NCBI GenBank assembly: GCA_003427395.1 | Contig: BFEA01000023.1 | Span: forward strand, 1,505,801 to 1,569,800 | DNA from: Chara braunii | Taxonomy: Eukaryota > Plantae > Charophyceae | Length of the DNA: 64,000 bases | Direction of reading: 5' to 3' | Shown here: positions 13,031 to 25,275 of the stretch, in pieces | How the letters are laid out: the number at the start of each line of letters is the position of its first letter | Numbering within the stretch: the first letter of the stretch is position 1 | Translations under genes and position numbers: made by a program | Notes under the pieces: model-generated | Told to the model about the DNA's origin: nothing | The model's input: the letters and a program-made list of their open reading frames with translations, nothing else | Databases searched by the model: none

Positions 13031-14559
13031 TCGTGTACGCATCTATATGGACATAGATAGATGTATATATATAGCATGATTGCGCAAGAGTACAATTTGG
13101 GCTCAGGGTGTCACCTTCCTTTACTACTTCTCCGAGTTTTGCAATTGCATTGCAAGACCCAGAAAGTGCCCATTCCTGCCTGTAGTGTGCGGACATTCTG
13201 CCTTACACGCATCCCAGGCACATGGATGATCCTTGAAAAACCGATTTCTAGCCATGATCAGTCAGGTGCAGAGAAATGTTCGTTCAAGCATACGCGAGGC
13301 CAAAACACTAGGACTTACTCAACCCCATCCATTCCTGAGATACACAAGCGATCCATCAGTAAAGGAACCAAAAAGATTGCTACTTAGTACAAGACAAGAC
13401 AAGCAAGGCAGCGTCCATGAACCGGATTTGAACACACACACACATTCTCTTTTTCTGTGGTTGAATATGTCTTGTTGGTTTTGTTAATTATACACGACCT
13501 AGTTTTGCCCTGCTTTAGAGCATGGGCTGTTTGCACGTTTACGGGTGGCCACGAGTTAACTAAGGGGGTAATGTATGTCTCGTGGGCCGGCGTGGAAGGC
13601 TTTCCCAGTTTTTTCGGATCCTTAGCAGGGGGGGTCGGTGCGTTCTTGCTGGAGAAGTCTTCTGTCTTAGGTAAGTTGTCTCTTATCTTCTTCCTCCTCT
13701 TTGGCAGTGACGCGAGTGTNTAGTTTGAGATGATTGTCGGGAATGCCAATGCTGTTATGTTTGATTGTTTTTGGTAAATGAGTTTTTGGTTTTGTGGGCC
13801 GACACGGAAGGCTCTCCAAGTTTTTTCGGACCTTTGAGGGGGTCGGGTCGGTGGCTTCTTGCTGGAGTAGTCTTCTGTCTTAGGTAAGTTGCCTTCTGCC
13901 CTCCTTCCCCTTATGGTTTGAGATATATATGTTTACATATGTATATGTGCAAGTGTGCCGCTTTGGCAGCAGACGGGTGTGTGGGCACTTGGCGCTGAAC
14001 CACACAAACGTGGCCAACCTTGGATTTTCTATTATATTGCCTATCTATACTTTCTCTTCTCGTTATGGATGGTTTGTGTTGATTTGTGAAGGGAATAAGA
14101 GAGAGAATCTGGGGTCTTTTAAAACAACACACACGCACACACACAATCAGTTTTATGTCGGTTGGCCTTTCTTCTGTTGTCTGTCCTCCCCCTGACTTTT
14201 TCTAAGTATGCTTTGCGTGCCCAACTGAGCACCCTTAAGTAGTGCCAAACAGTCGGTGGTTCCTCATTTGGAGTGCCTACTGCACTCTTATGGGGGCCGC
14301 TCGGTTCGGGATGTCTGTGTTGCCTGTAGGTGATGACAGATGGTCGTCGGAGTGTCCCCCTGGCTCAGCGGCTGGTGGGAACCAACAATCTGCGGGTTCT
14401 ATCTTGATGTGAGTAGGTCATGTGCTGTTTTGCTCCGTGTTGGATGTGTAGACTGTCTTGTCTGCGCTCTGCCGCGGTCTTGCTGCCCACGCCGCTTGCT
14501 TTCCAGGTCTTCCTCGCTGCTCTGCTGCCTTGCCGCCTACCCGCAGGTCGTGCCTCCCG

Positions 14560-14870
14560 TGTCTTTTGCTTGCGTGCCTTGTGGTTTGGTAGCCTTGTGG
14601 CGGTGCCTCGCGCTTCGCTGCACGGTTGCTGAGCTGCTCGTCCGTGTGCTCTGTCGGCCTGCACTGTCCTTTGCGTGCATGCCTTGTAGTTTGGTTGCCT
14701 TGTTGGTGGTGCCTTGTGCTTCACTGCACGGTTACAAACTGCTCGTCTGCTTGCCCTGTTGGCCTTCCGCGTCCTTGCTTGCATGCTTTGTAGTCTGGTC
14801 GCCTTGGTGATGTTGCCTTGCGCTTCACAGCACGGTTGTCGAGCTGCTCGTCCGCTTGCCCTGTCGTTCC
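14560..14870. repeat. Tandem repeat of about three ~105-bp units
   Basis: Repeated gt(g/a)gtttggt.gccttg...gccttg.gcttc.c.gcacggtt...ctgctcgtc.g. Confidence 0.7.
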
Positions 14871-15029
14871 TTGCAGTCGTCTTTGGTGATAAGCGGTTGG
14901 GCTGCCTCTACTGTGTTGCCTGGTGCTCCACAGGGTTGCTGCCCGCTGCTATGTCCCGCTTGGGGACAGTCTGCCTTCAACATGGGTCAAAAGGTTCATG
15001 ACCCAAACCATCAAATACGGGGATTCCGC

Positions 15030-15085
15030 AGATTGTCGAGGGTTCAGCCTCCTGATGAGTCGGTGCAACTCCGACGAAACAATCT
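15030..15085 (+). ncRNA. Type III hammerhead ribozyme, apparently intact
   Basis: agattgU-C^-gagg(gttcag)cctc-CUGAUGA-gtcgg(tgcaact)ccgac-GAA-Acaatct. All three stems pair perfectly, the core is complete, and the GUC triplet predicts cleavage after 15037. Confidence 0.9.
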
Positions 15086-15550
15086 ATCATTATTTTTTTC
15101 GCTCTGTGTTTTTTTGCTACTTTTTTGTCTGCCTTGTTGTCTTGTTGTTGTGCTGTTTCTTGACTTGCCTGCCCACCCGCCTCTCTCATGCCCTCCAGCC
15201 TCTGTTCCATGCTGTTGTTTCACCGCCCTAGTGCTAATTCTTGACTGGTTGTTGCCGCCTTGTGCTTTTGCCTAATGCTGTTTGTCTGCCCGCCCTCCAT
15301 GACCTCCCCCGTGCCTTCCACTCCTTGTCGTTTGCTTGTTGTTTGAAAACATCCTACGGATATACTTTATACTTTGAAAACACCACGATGATGGAACGAT
15401 TTCTACCTTTGTTCTTCTCTATCCGCAAACTGTCATGGTATATTGTAAGCCCTTGGGTACGGTGTGACTCTTTTCATGGTGTTGTTCATGGAGCATGAGT
15501 TATGGCGCATCATGATGTGACACAGTCGCAGGAGCCCCGCAGCAAAACAC

Positions 15551-15602
<52 letters not shown>

Positions 15603-16007
15603 TGGCCAGCCTTGCAGTTTTTACTTCTTGCCTATCTATACATTCTTTGTTTTATGGATGGTTTTGATGATTCCCGGATGGAATGAAAGAGAGAATTTGG
15701 GATTTTTTTTTAACCCACAGAGGCACAAACACAGTGTCATATGCACACACCCACACCGCACATACCCGCATGCAACACCACAACCCCCCCCCCCCCCCCC
15801 CCCCCAACACACACACGCACACATGCACACTCTTGGAAAAGTTGAAGTGGTAGCGCTCACTTTTGCCAAGGTTCAAACAGGTGGTGGTGATGGTGAAGGC
15901 TTGCAATGGATGGACGGCCAGAGAAAAAGCCATTTCTGCTGCAGCAGAATCGCTTTTGCTGCAGCAGAATCAGTTCTGCTGCAACAGAATCACCTTTATT
16001 CTCACTA

Positions 16008-16120
16008 CCGTCTTCACCCGAATAGAACGCCCGGTCATTATAGCCGTATATGGTGCACTTTTCAGTCCAGATACAGCTATAATGATATAATCACCTGGCG
16101 TTCTATTCGGGTGAAGATGG
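16008..16120. mobile_element. 113-bp hairpin MITE, Tc1/mariner-like (TA TSD)
   Basis: TA|ccgtcttcacccgaatagaacgcc...ggcgttctattcgggtgaagatgg|TA. Confidence 0.82.
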
Positions 16121-18361
16121 TAGATTCAGTTTTGCATGAGCAGACGTGCATCTCAGCAGAACTGAACGTGCCACAGCAGCATCACTGCTGCTGCAGAGCT
16201 GCTTCTGCTTCAGCAGAAGTCTTTCTACTGCAGCTAAAGAGAATCTGCTGCAGCAGAACTCAAACTGTTCTTCTGCTGCCAACATGACTCTGCCGTGAAG
16301 CACAGTCAGATATGCTGCAGCAGAATCCATTCTAATGCAGCACGATCAGTTCTCAGGAAAGGGAATGACTCCTGTCTGACGCAGGACTGACTAATTCAGT
16401 CGCAGCAGAAGCACTCTGCTGCAGCAGAATCTGTTCTGCAGTGTAAGTGAATCTCCTTCAGCATGTGTGCGTGTGTGTGTATGTGTGTGTGTGTGTGGGT
16501 GTGGGTGGGTGTGTGTGTGTGTGTGTTGTCATGTTGGCTATACACAACTCCTCTCTTCCCCCCCCAAAAAAAAAGGAAAAACAGGCACACGAGTGCTGCT
16601 AGAGAGTTTCTGTGAACTTCAGCTACTCGATAGCAGGTTGAACCGAACAGTGTGATGACATCGGGGATAGTCCACACAGTAGAGCATACTTTCCATGACA
16701 GCTTCCTAGAAACATTGACGACACATAGCATGTTCCTTGTATGTGTGTGTGTGTGTGTGTTTTTAACTCCGAATTCTCTCTCTCATTCCACCCGCGAATC
16801 ATCATAAACCATCCCTAAAACAAAGAAAGTATAGGAGGGGTGGGTGTGGGGGTGTGGGGGTGTGGGGGTGTGGGTGTGTGGGTGTGTGGGTGTGTGGGTG
16901 TGTGTGTGTGGGTGTGTGTTTTGTAGTGTGTGCCAAGGCACCTGATAGTACGTGCAGCATACTATATGGGCTCCAACAGATTGTGTTGGCAGATCTCGGG
17001 TGAATGGCCATTAGGGCAGGAGCAGCGTAACTAAGCAACATGAACATGCATGTTTCCAGTGATCCCCACAGGATGGTATCTGCACACTTATTCGCCAGCC
17101 GCAGAGGTATATATATTCATTAGCACATGACCGTTCAACCCTTATGATTCAAAAGCAGGGTGACCCTGGGAGCACTCCATTTCACTTGTTTTAATAGATC
17201 TTTTAATGGTAGCTCATCTCTAGGCCCTTCAGCTGGAAGATCCGCTCTGGCAGTTTTTTAAGCCTGGGATTTGTGGGTTGCCAGCTTTCTAGTGTCATTC
17301 GTATACATCTAGCCGGTTTCCATAGAAGATTTTGGCTTGATAGCTTCTAAATGATCCCAATTTTGATCTGGTGCGCGTCTGCATCCTGGACAGGTTTTTT
17401 AGGTGGGATCAGCTGTGTTGTTCTGTATGTAGCTTACGTATCTTTGATCGTTAGGTGCTTGTTCAGAAAATGAAGGTAGTTCTAGTAGCAGTGATGCTTT
17501 CGTATTATAACCATAAGTTATTAGCGGAGAAGACCCCGATCATCTGAGAACACACGTTTGGCAGGTTATGACCAATCGTGACTATGCTGCTCGGATGCTC
17601 GGTCTCTTCCGAGGAGTAAGCAGCTAAGAAGGGTTCGTGGTTTCAGAAAGGCTGGTTAAAAAACGTTTTCAGATAAAACCCAGGAGGTGAACTTACGAAA
17701 TGAAAGTTACTTGCTTCTAATCATATGAAGCAGGTCATATGGATGAGATTGCATTGCTTCTTCACTAATTAAATTAATTAAAATATAAAACTTAAAACAG
17801 AAATTGCAGATTGAACTAGGTGAGCTTGGAACAAACGAGGAGAGTGGACATGAGAGATTACAGTTCCTCATTTGCTTCGGCTCAATGGTCGCTTCATTCT
17901 TGATTACATTCCGGCTACCCCAAGCGCCAACCAATCTTTGCACCAAGTTATTATGACGACTATTTCAGTGGTATTGGATATGGCTCGAGGTGCGTAAGTA
18001 CGAGCGATAATACTTGCTACTCATGTGCTGCTATTTCATTGCGCTATACTATGCTGGCGTACTGAGTATTTGCTTATGAAGCACGTATCATTATATTGAT
18101 GCTTCCAAGGTACAACTGAATTTTCAATCAGGCAGTGATGGTCATTCGTGTCTGCGCATTTCAGACACTTAGTGCATTTTTTAGCAGATTCAGAAAAAAT
18201 GAAAAAAGGAAGAAGACCGAGATCGAACCTTAAAAAAGAAGAAGAAGAAGAAGAAGAAGAAGAAGGAGAAGGAGAGAACCGCGAAATGCAAAACAAGAAA
18301 AGATCAAAGATGACATGCGGAGTGAGGACGAGGCACTCAGTCGCGTTCCAAGTGAGGAGAG

Positions 18362-18420
<59 letters not shown>

Positions 18421-18491
18421 CAAACGGTGCGTTTGCTGCGCCACTGCGCAGTGAGGGGCGTCACTCTCGGTGCAGCAAACGTGCTGTTTTC

Positions 18492-18553
<62 letters not shown>

Positions 18554-19064
18554 NNNNNNNNNNNNNNNNNNNNNNNNNNNNNNNNNNNNNNNNNNNNNNN
18601 NNNNNNNNNNNNNNNNNNNNNNNNNNNNNNNNNNNNNNNNNNNNNNNNNNNNNNNNNNNNNNNNNNNNCACACACACACACACACACACACGGCGCAATG
18701 CACTCCCTTTTTCGCAATTTTGTTTTCCTTCTTCCTTTTTTCTTTTTTTATTTTGAAAGTTTTCTTTGTTTTTGTTTTGATTTTGTTCACATTTATTGTA
18801 AACAAATTTTGATGTCCTCAAAGTACCGGTATTTCGAGGCTCGCCACCATAGCCGTAGGTTAGGCCTACCGGTAGCTCTAGGGTCGGGCCTTGACAACTG
18901 GTAGGTACTGATGGTTTAAGCCGAGGGAATGCAAGGGTTACCCCGATCATTATAAATAGACCATGCTGGTTTTTTGCACATCTGGGCGCTCAAGGAATGA
19001 AAATACGAATGACCAAGGTTTCCCATGATTTCCGTTCATCGATTGTCACATGTAGCTCTTACCG

Positions 19065-19870
19065 GTGCTAGCTGAGTCCTGTAAAGAAGTTGTTATACGA
19101 TTTTTTCAATGGGATTACCAGCTGATCGGGGTGTGTAAATACGAGCGATGGCAGTCACCAATTATTTACGTATCCCGGTTGTCAGATATCCCCCTGATTA
19201 TGTGCATCGATACCTGCAGTTATAGTGAAAATCACTTACCACAACCGATGGTAGAGAACACACTATTCATCCCTATCAGTATACTCATAGGACAAGAGTA
19301 CGCAAAGATTTGAGCGGTGATCACATAGTAGACGAAAGTCTTGAAGGATCAATCATGCCACATGATTTTAAAGGGTGGTGATAGACAAACCGAGAGCGAG
19401 GACAACGAGGTTTGGTCATTAAACCGGATGCGAGGATTATTCCGATCAATCAAATAAATGGACATGTTGGGTTCCTCACGCATCTGGGCACTCGAGGAAC
19501 GAAGATATGAATGACTGAGGTCTTTCATTATTTTCGCTCATCAATTGCCTCGTGCCGTTCGTACCCCTAGTGCTGCTGATTCTGCATACAAGGCTGCTAT
19601 AAGACTTTTTCCCAACAGGATCATCAGCTGATCGGGGTGCGTAAATACGAACGATGGCTATCACTTGCTTATTTGCATATCCCGGTTGCTAGATATTCCC
19701 CCGAATATGCGTAGCGGAAGCGTAGATATGCATGGTTATAGCTATGTTTTCTTCACGTCTTCACCAGCAACCAATGATAGAGAACACAATATACGCCCCA
19801 CACAACACATTCATGCGAAGATTTGAGCAATGATCCATAGTAGACAAAAACAACTGAAGAATCCATTCTA
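19065..19870. repeat. Diverged direct duplication, ~505-bp spacing
   Basis: cagctgatcggggtg.gtaaatacga.cgatggc...tatcccggttg...aagatttgagc occurs twice. Confidence 0.72.
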
Positions 19871-20159
19871 TCACACGATTTCACCCTTTAAAGTAATTAT
19901 TCATAAGACGAGGAACATGCCACTTTACTTTCATAGTTTGATGTACTCAGCAAAGGAGTCACCTCAACCGTCGCCACCCGCTTACTCGAGAAAGAAGGGA
20001 GAGAGAAGGAAAGTACGAAAGGGAGAGAGAGGGAAAAGGAAAAAGAAAGGAGGGAGAAGAGACTTATCCCGTATCAGGTCATGCACCTCCAGACACTCTA
20101 CTTCGGTACTTGAGGGTACCCTGAGTTCAACTGCCCGATCCGCTGGAATGGAGTGGCAA

Positions 20160-20208
20160 TCCCTAAAGCGCTTTCCTGCTCCGGCCACACGGAGCGTCAT
20201 CAGAGGGA
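20160..20208 (-). ncRNA. Mutated minimal type I hammerhead copy
   Basis: tccct-CTGATGA-c-gctccg(tgtggc)cggagc-a-GGAA-agcgct-TT-aggga. Homologous to 57268-57315, with GAAA changed to GGAA and UUC to UUU. Confidence 0.65.
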
Positions 20209-21410
20209 ACATCTTCAATGGTCTTTGGAAGGAAAGGAGAGATGGCGGGAGGAGGAGAAAGAGGAGGGGGAAGAAGGGACGGGGGAGGCGGACGACTGGG
20301 AGATTAAAGGAGTAGGAGGACATGGGGAGGGGGTGGGGGAGATAGGTGGGGGGATGGGCAGCGTCAGGATGAATAACAGCAGTGCCAATAGTGCCAGGCT
20401 GCCCAATCCATCGCATCGGGCTTCTCATCCACCTTCATACTCCTAGCGCTACCTCGATCACCGCGACCGCGATCCCAATTTCGGCAGCAATGCAGCAAAT
20501 GCAAGCGAGAGCGTAAGTGCAGTGGATAGAATTGCGAACGTCGTGACCCCGTTTGAGATTCTGGCCGGCTTCAGCCAGATGGACTCTTCTTTGTTGAGCC
20601 ACACCGCTGCAGCTGTTATGACAATATTAGGGTTAAGCGCTAGCAAAAATACTGCGATGAGATAGAAACATATGAGAAGTGATAGCAGCACTTGCAAGGA
20701 GGCTGAGGCGATACACGTATTCATTACTCGTATATCAGCTTTGCTTAGTGCCCTGTTGCAGCGCAGAATGTTTGTTGCTAATCAGCGTTATGGCAAATGA
20801 TGAAATTATAGCACTTCCTCGTTGTCCCCTTGCTCCTTCAACTGGTCGAGGTCGATTTCGACGCCCATCGCGGAAAAAACTGCTCCGACTCGCTCCACTC
20901 GTACGTAGCCCTTGTGAATTCACGCACAACGCTGCTTTCACCACCGGTTCGTTTGCTTACTCACTGACTCCCAACCCTTACTGTTCCTTCTTTTTATTCC
21001 AGCGTCGTTGTCTCCTATCTCGTCGTTTTCTGAGATGGAAAATTCAAAATTAACTCCTTTCGTGCGTTTACTAGACCATGCCCCCTACTCGGCGCGACTT
21101 TCCTTAGAAGCGACATGGGATGTGAACCGAAGGGTCCTTCAGCAATTTCGCAAAAAAAACGCATCGTGATAGCAATTCCTAGGTTCTATACATCCTTCAA
21201 AAAATGGGCGCATCGTTCGGACGCCATTGGCCTGTTTTATTTTGGCCTTTGCCCCTTCGTTCTATGAATTTACCATTCAAGCGTTCGATCCTACCCAACC
21301 GTTGTTGCTTGTCGGCTTCAGGCCTTATTGGCTTTTCTCATAAGGGTCAGGGAAACGAGAAGTGGAAACAAAAAACGACAATCCGTAAGGAGAACCAATG
21401 CGAAAACCTG

Positions 21411-21441
<31 letters not shown>

Positions 21442-21478
21442 TCGAAGAAACAGAAAAAAAAAAGAAATGCAAGAAAAA

Positions 21479-21809
21479 TGCGCAATAACGAGATGACAGT
21501 ATACAGATTGCACAATCACATTGAAAGCCAAAAAGTATCACAGTGTCCAGAAAGCAGCACAGCACCAATATAACACCAACGGAGAATATTAACACTGAAA
21601 ACCAAATGTCAATGAGAGCTTGCTCTCACCACCACCAGCATAAGTGTCCAGGCCCTTCTCCCTACTTGGCGCTAGGCGCCCAGCCTACTTCCTACACAGC
21701 TACTGTCTGCCTACTAATTGACAATGCAATTGTTGACGTCAGCAGCCCACGAAGTACTTGAAGATGTCGCCCAATGCAGACCATCGCCATTACCAGGTAT
21801 GTGCCCTCA

Positions 21810-21848
<39 letters not shown>

Positions 21849-22488
21849 TCTCTCTCCCTCGACTTTTTACACCCACGTCTTCCCTCTGTATGCCCGAAGA
21901 CCACCTTTGCACCTCACTGTAGTCCAAGCCCCAGCCAGCTATGGAAGTTGGGCTATGGCGCTGCCCTCAGCAGCGCCCTACTTCTCGGTGTTCTTGCACG
22001 ACTGCATGCGCACAACACCTTGCCCTTAGCGCACAACAGCACGCAAGGCTACGCTCAAGCAGCGCTGCCGCACAAACTGGCAAGTGCCTGAATGAGCCTC
22101 CAGGCAACGAGCTTTTTCCTATATGGAAAGAGTCTACCTGCCCCGGCGGCCAGGCTGGGCTGGGTCTGTGCCAGAAGCTTCCGCTAGGCCCTACGGGGTT
22201 GTGCCTCGATTGCAGCTGTTAGGCCTCTATTGGGCCTCCCAACTGTCTGTGTATGATGCTGCGATTCTTACCCAGGGCCTGCATTTCAAGAAAGGTCTGG
22301 AAGGCCGTGGAAGAACTTCGCTGCTCGAGCCTGGGTTCTCTCAACCAACTGGCGCATCACAACTGCCTGGACCCCAAATACGAAATTGACAGCAATGGGT
22401 TCTCGAGATTTGCTAAGCCCGCCTTCACTTAGGGAGAGCACATCTGTATCAGGGCCTCTCAAGCCTACCGGGGACCCAGATCCTCGCA
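21479..22488 (-). repeat. 3' LTR
   Basis: From tgcgcaataacgagatgac to gacccagatcctcgca. Visibly diverged from the 5' LTR, including a different (cat)n length. Confidence 0.93.
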
Positions 22489-22502
22489 TTCCCCCCTCCT
22501 TT
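22489..22502 (-). promoter_or_regulatory. Polypurine tract of the LTR element
   Basis: Minus strand reads aaaggaggggggaa immediately before the TG of the 3' LTR. Confidence 0.85.
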
Positions 22503-22519
22503 ACTTCGATAGTCCTCTT

Positions 22520-25197
22520 AGAAGTCTTCTAATATGGAGGCATCTTTCCTTTGAGTTCTCTTTCATAGCCTACAATCACTTTAGGTGTTGTTCGCTAAAG
22601 TTCTTCTCTAGTGAACCACCGATCTTCATTGGGATCAAGATGGTGTCTGAATCTGACACGATATTGCATCCTTGGCTTGGGAGGATGGCCTCTGCCGGGC
22701 GGTTTAGGCACTGGCATCATTCGATGCTCCACGATTCCATCGATGTCGACTTCACCATCCATGGTTGGGGCAGCATTGACCGTCTGAAGGGAAACTCTGC
22801 AGTTTGTGCGAAAGGTGCTAGTTTTGAGGTGTGAAAAATTGGGTGTGTACGTAGATGAGGTGGGATGTGAATCACATAAGAAGGTACGTCTATCTGATCC
22901 CCCAGTATGTCTAGGACCTCCCAAGGACCGAAGTATTGTGGCATTAGTTTTCTAAAAAATCCCAATTCCTGTCCCAGTTCAAATGATTTGACCCAGACCC
23001 GTTCTCCTACATGAAACTGAGATGGTCGTATGTGCTTGTTCTCATATGCCACCATGGCATCTTCAGCTTTCTTAATATGCTACACAGCCTGTTGCAGCAT
23101 CTGTTCATGCTTGACAACGAACTTTATGCTGCCAGGTGGTGCAGATGGCTAAGTTTTCGGTACTAGGAAGTCTAAGGCGGGCCGAGGCTTCCAACCAAGA
23201 TGCAGTTGGTTGGGAGTCATGCCAGTAGTGTTTTGCACAGCTTTGTTGTACAGGCTGGCGACGAGAGGTAATTTCGCATCCCAGTCATCCTGACTTGGCT
23301 TGATGTAATGCCTTAGTAGGTGTTGCACTACTTTGTTCATCTGTTATGCCTGTACGTTTGACTCAAGGTGATTCCCTTACGTCATCTGCAGTCTGGTACC
23401 CATCTGTTGGGCAGTGTTTTGCCACAGTTTGTTTGTAAAGTGAACATCCCTATCACTGACGATAGACTTGGGCAAGCCAAAGTCTTGTACCCAGTTAACC
23501 ATAAACAATCTAATGACGAAGTCAGTTTTAGCAGTCTCCGGCATAGCGATTAGTCTTGCAGGACACACTTTGACCAGGACCTTCAGGAATCGACAAGGGT
23601 TTGATAAGGCCAAGTGGAGCTTGAGTCCTAGGTTTGTCCCGTTGGCAAACCTGGCAGGTTTCAATGCACCTCTTGGCATCTTGCATCATAGAAGGCCACC
23701 AAAAACTTCGCACTAAGTTAGTTGAAGTCTTCTTATAGCCGAAATGGCCAGTTGCATCATGACACTTACCTAAAAACAAACTACGAAGAGACTCTCTATC
23801 TGGGACATAATCTTTTCTTCTTTGCCTTCTCAAGAAACAGCAAGTTATCTACCATCGTAAATTCGTCGGAAGTTACCTTATTTTTCGCTTGATACTTACG
23901 AATGATCTCAGACATTACTGGCAAGATAGACTTCCACCAAGGATCGAGTTACAACATCCGACATACCAAACTCGGTCACTAGCACGCCCAGATAATTTGA
24001 CCTTTGCGATAGTGCATCAGCCACTTTGTTATATTCTCCATTGGTTGGATCAACTTTATAGGCATACATATCTTTCACTTGAATCCACTTTTTGAGTGCG
24101 TCAGAGAGTACAGGTTGTCATGATCCAACACAGAGTCTCATGGTCAGATCTCGAGTAGAAGAATCTGCCTAAGAGATAGTGTCTCCAGTGGACCAGCGCT
24201 CTATAGAGGGCATAGAGCTCAAGTTCATACGTGGACACTGCTAGCTTTTGGGATGGCATCTTTTCCTCATGTACTCGATTGGCCTAAACTTCTTCCCCTC
24301 CTTTTGCGCAAGGATCGCACCTATGTCGGATTAGCTAGCGTTTGTAGTCACTACAAAGGGTTGCTCAGGATCGGGAAGTTTGAGGACTTCATAGTGTGTC
24401 AGAGCATACCTCAATTTCTTAAAGCTTGCTTCACACTCTTCGGTCCACTCCCAAGGGGTGTCAAGGCGAGTTAGATATATTAATGGGGAAGCTATAATAC
24501 TATAGTTTTTAACGAGCGAACGATAGTAGCCCATCATCCCCAAAAACAATCGGACCTCAGTAACAGTCTGAGGTCTGGGCCAGTCTCGTATGTTGGCCAC
24601 TTGGCATCGCCCAACCTCACCCATTCGCAAAAATTTCATGACCCAAGTACAAGATTTTGGTATGACCGAACATGCATTTCTCCAAGTTGACCTTGTATTG
24701 GTACTGTCTTAGGAGACCTAGTATTGTTTTCAAGTGCTCAGCGTGCTCCTCTACAGTCTTACTAAAAATAAGGATATTCATTGCGTGCTGGAATGTTCCA
24801 GGGGCATTGCATAGGCCAAAGGGCATCACCCAGTGTCGTACCCCCGTTCACCGTTCATGGGGTCTGTGGACGGAAACCAGTCATGGAGTTCACGGAGTTC
24901 ACGACATGGGAGTTCATGGAGTTCACGAAGAGCGGGATCGGTTTCTTTTTTTTGGGGGGGAGGGTGTTTTTTTTTTATAGGAGGGTGGGGGTCATCAGAG
25001 GGTAACCCCCCATATTTTTTTCAAAAAAAAAATCGTGAACAATATATTTTTTTAATTAAAAATGAAAACAAAAAGTGCGACCAGCCAAAATAAGCATTTT
25101 CGTTTGTAATTTTGTATGTTATTTCAATTTTTTTTATTTTGTAGGTTATTTCGTGGTGCAATAAAGCACCAACCTCAATGCGGTCCGTCTCAGAGAG

Positions 25198-25275
<78 letters not shown>

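Noticed and set aside
19600-19640. ctgatga on the minus strand (also at ~24992-24998)
   Set aside because: No correctly placed GAAA, stem III or cleavage triplet.
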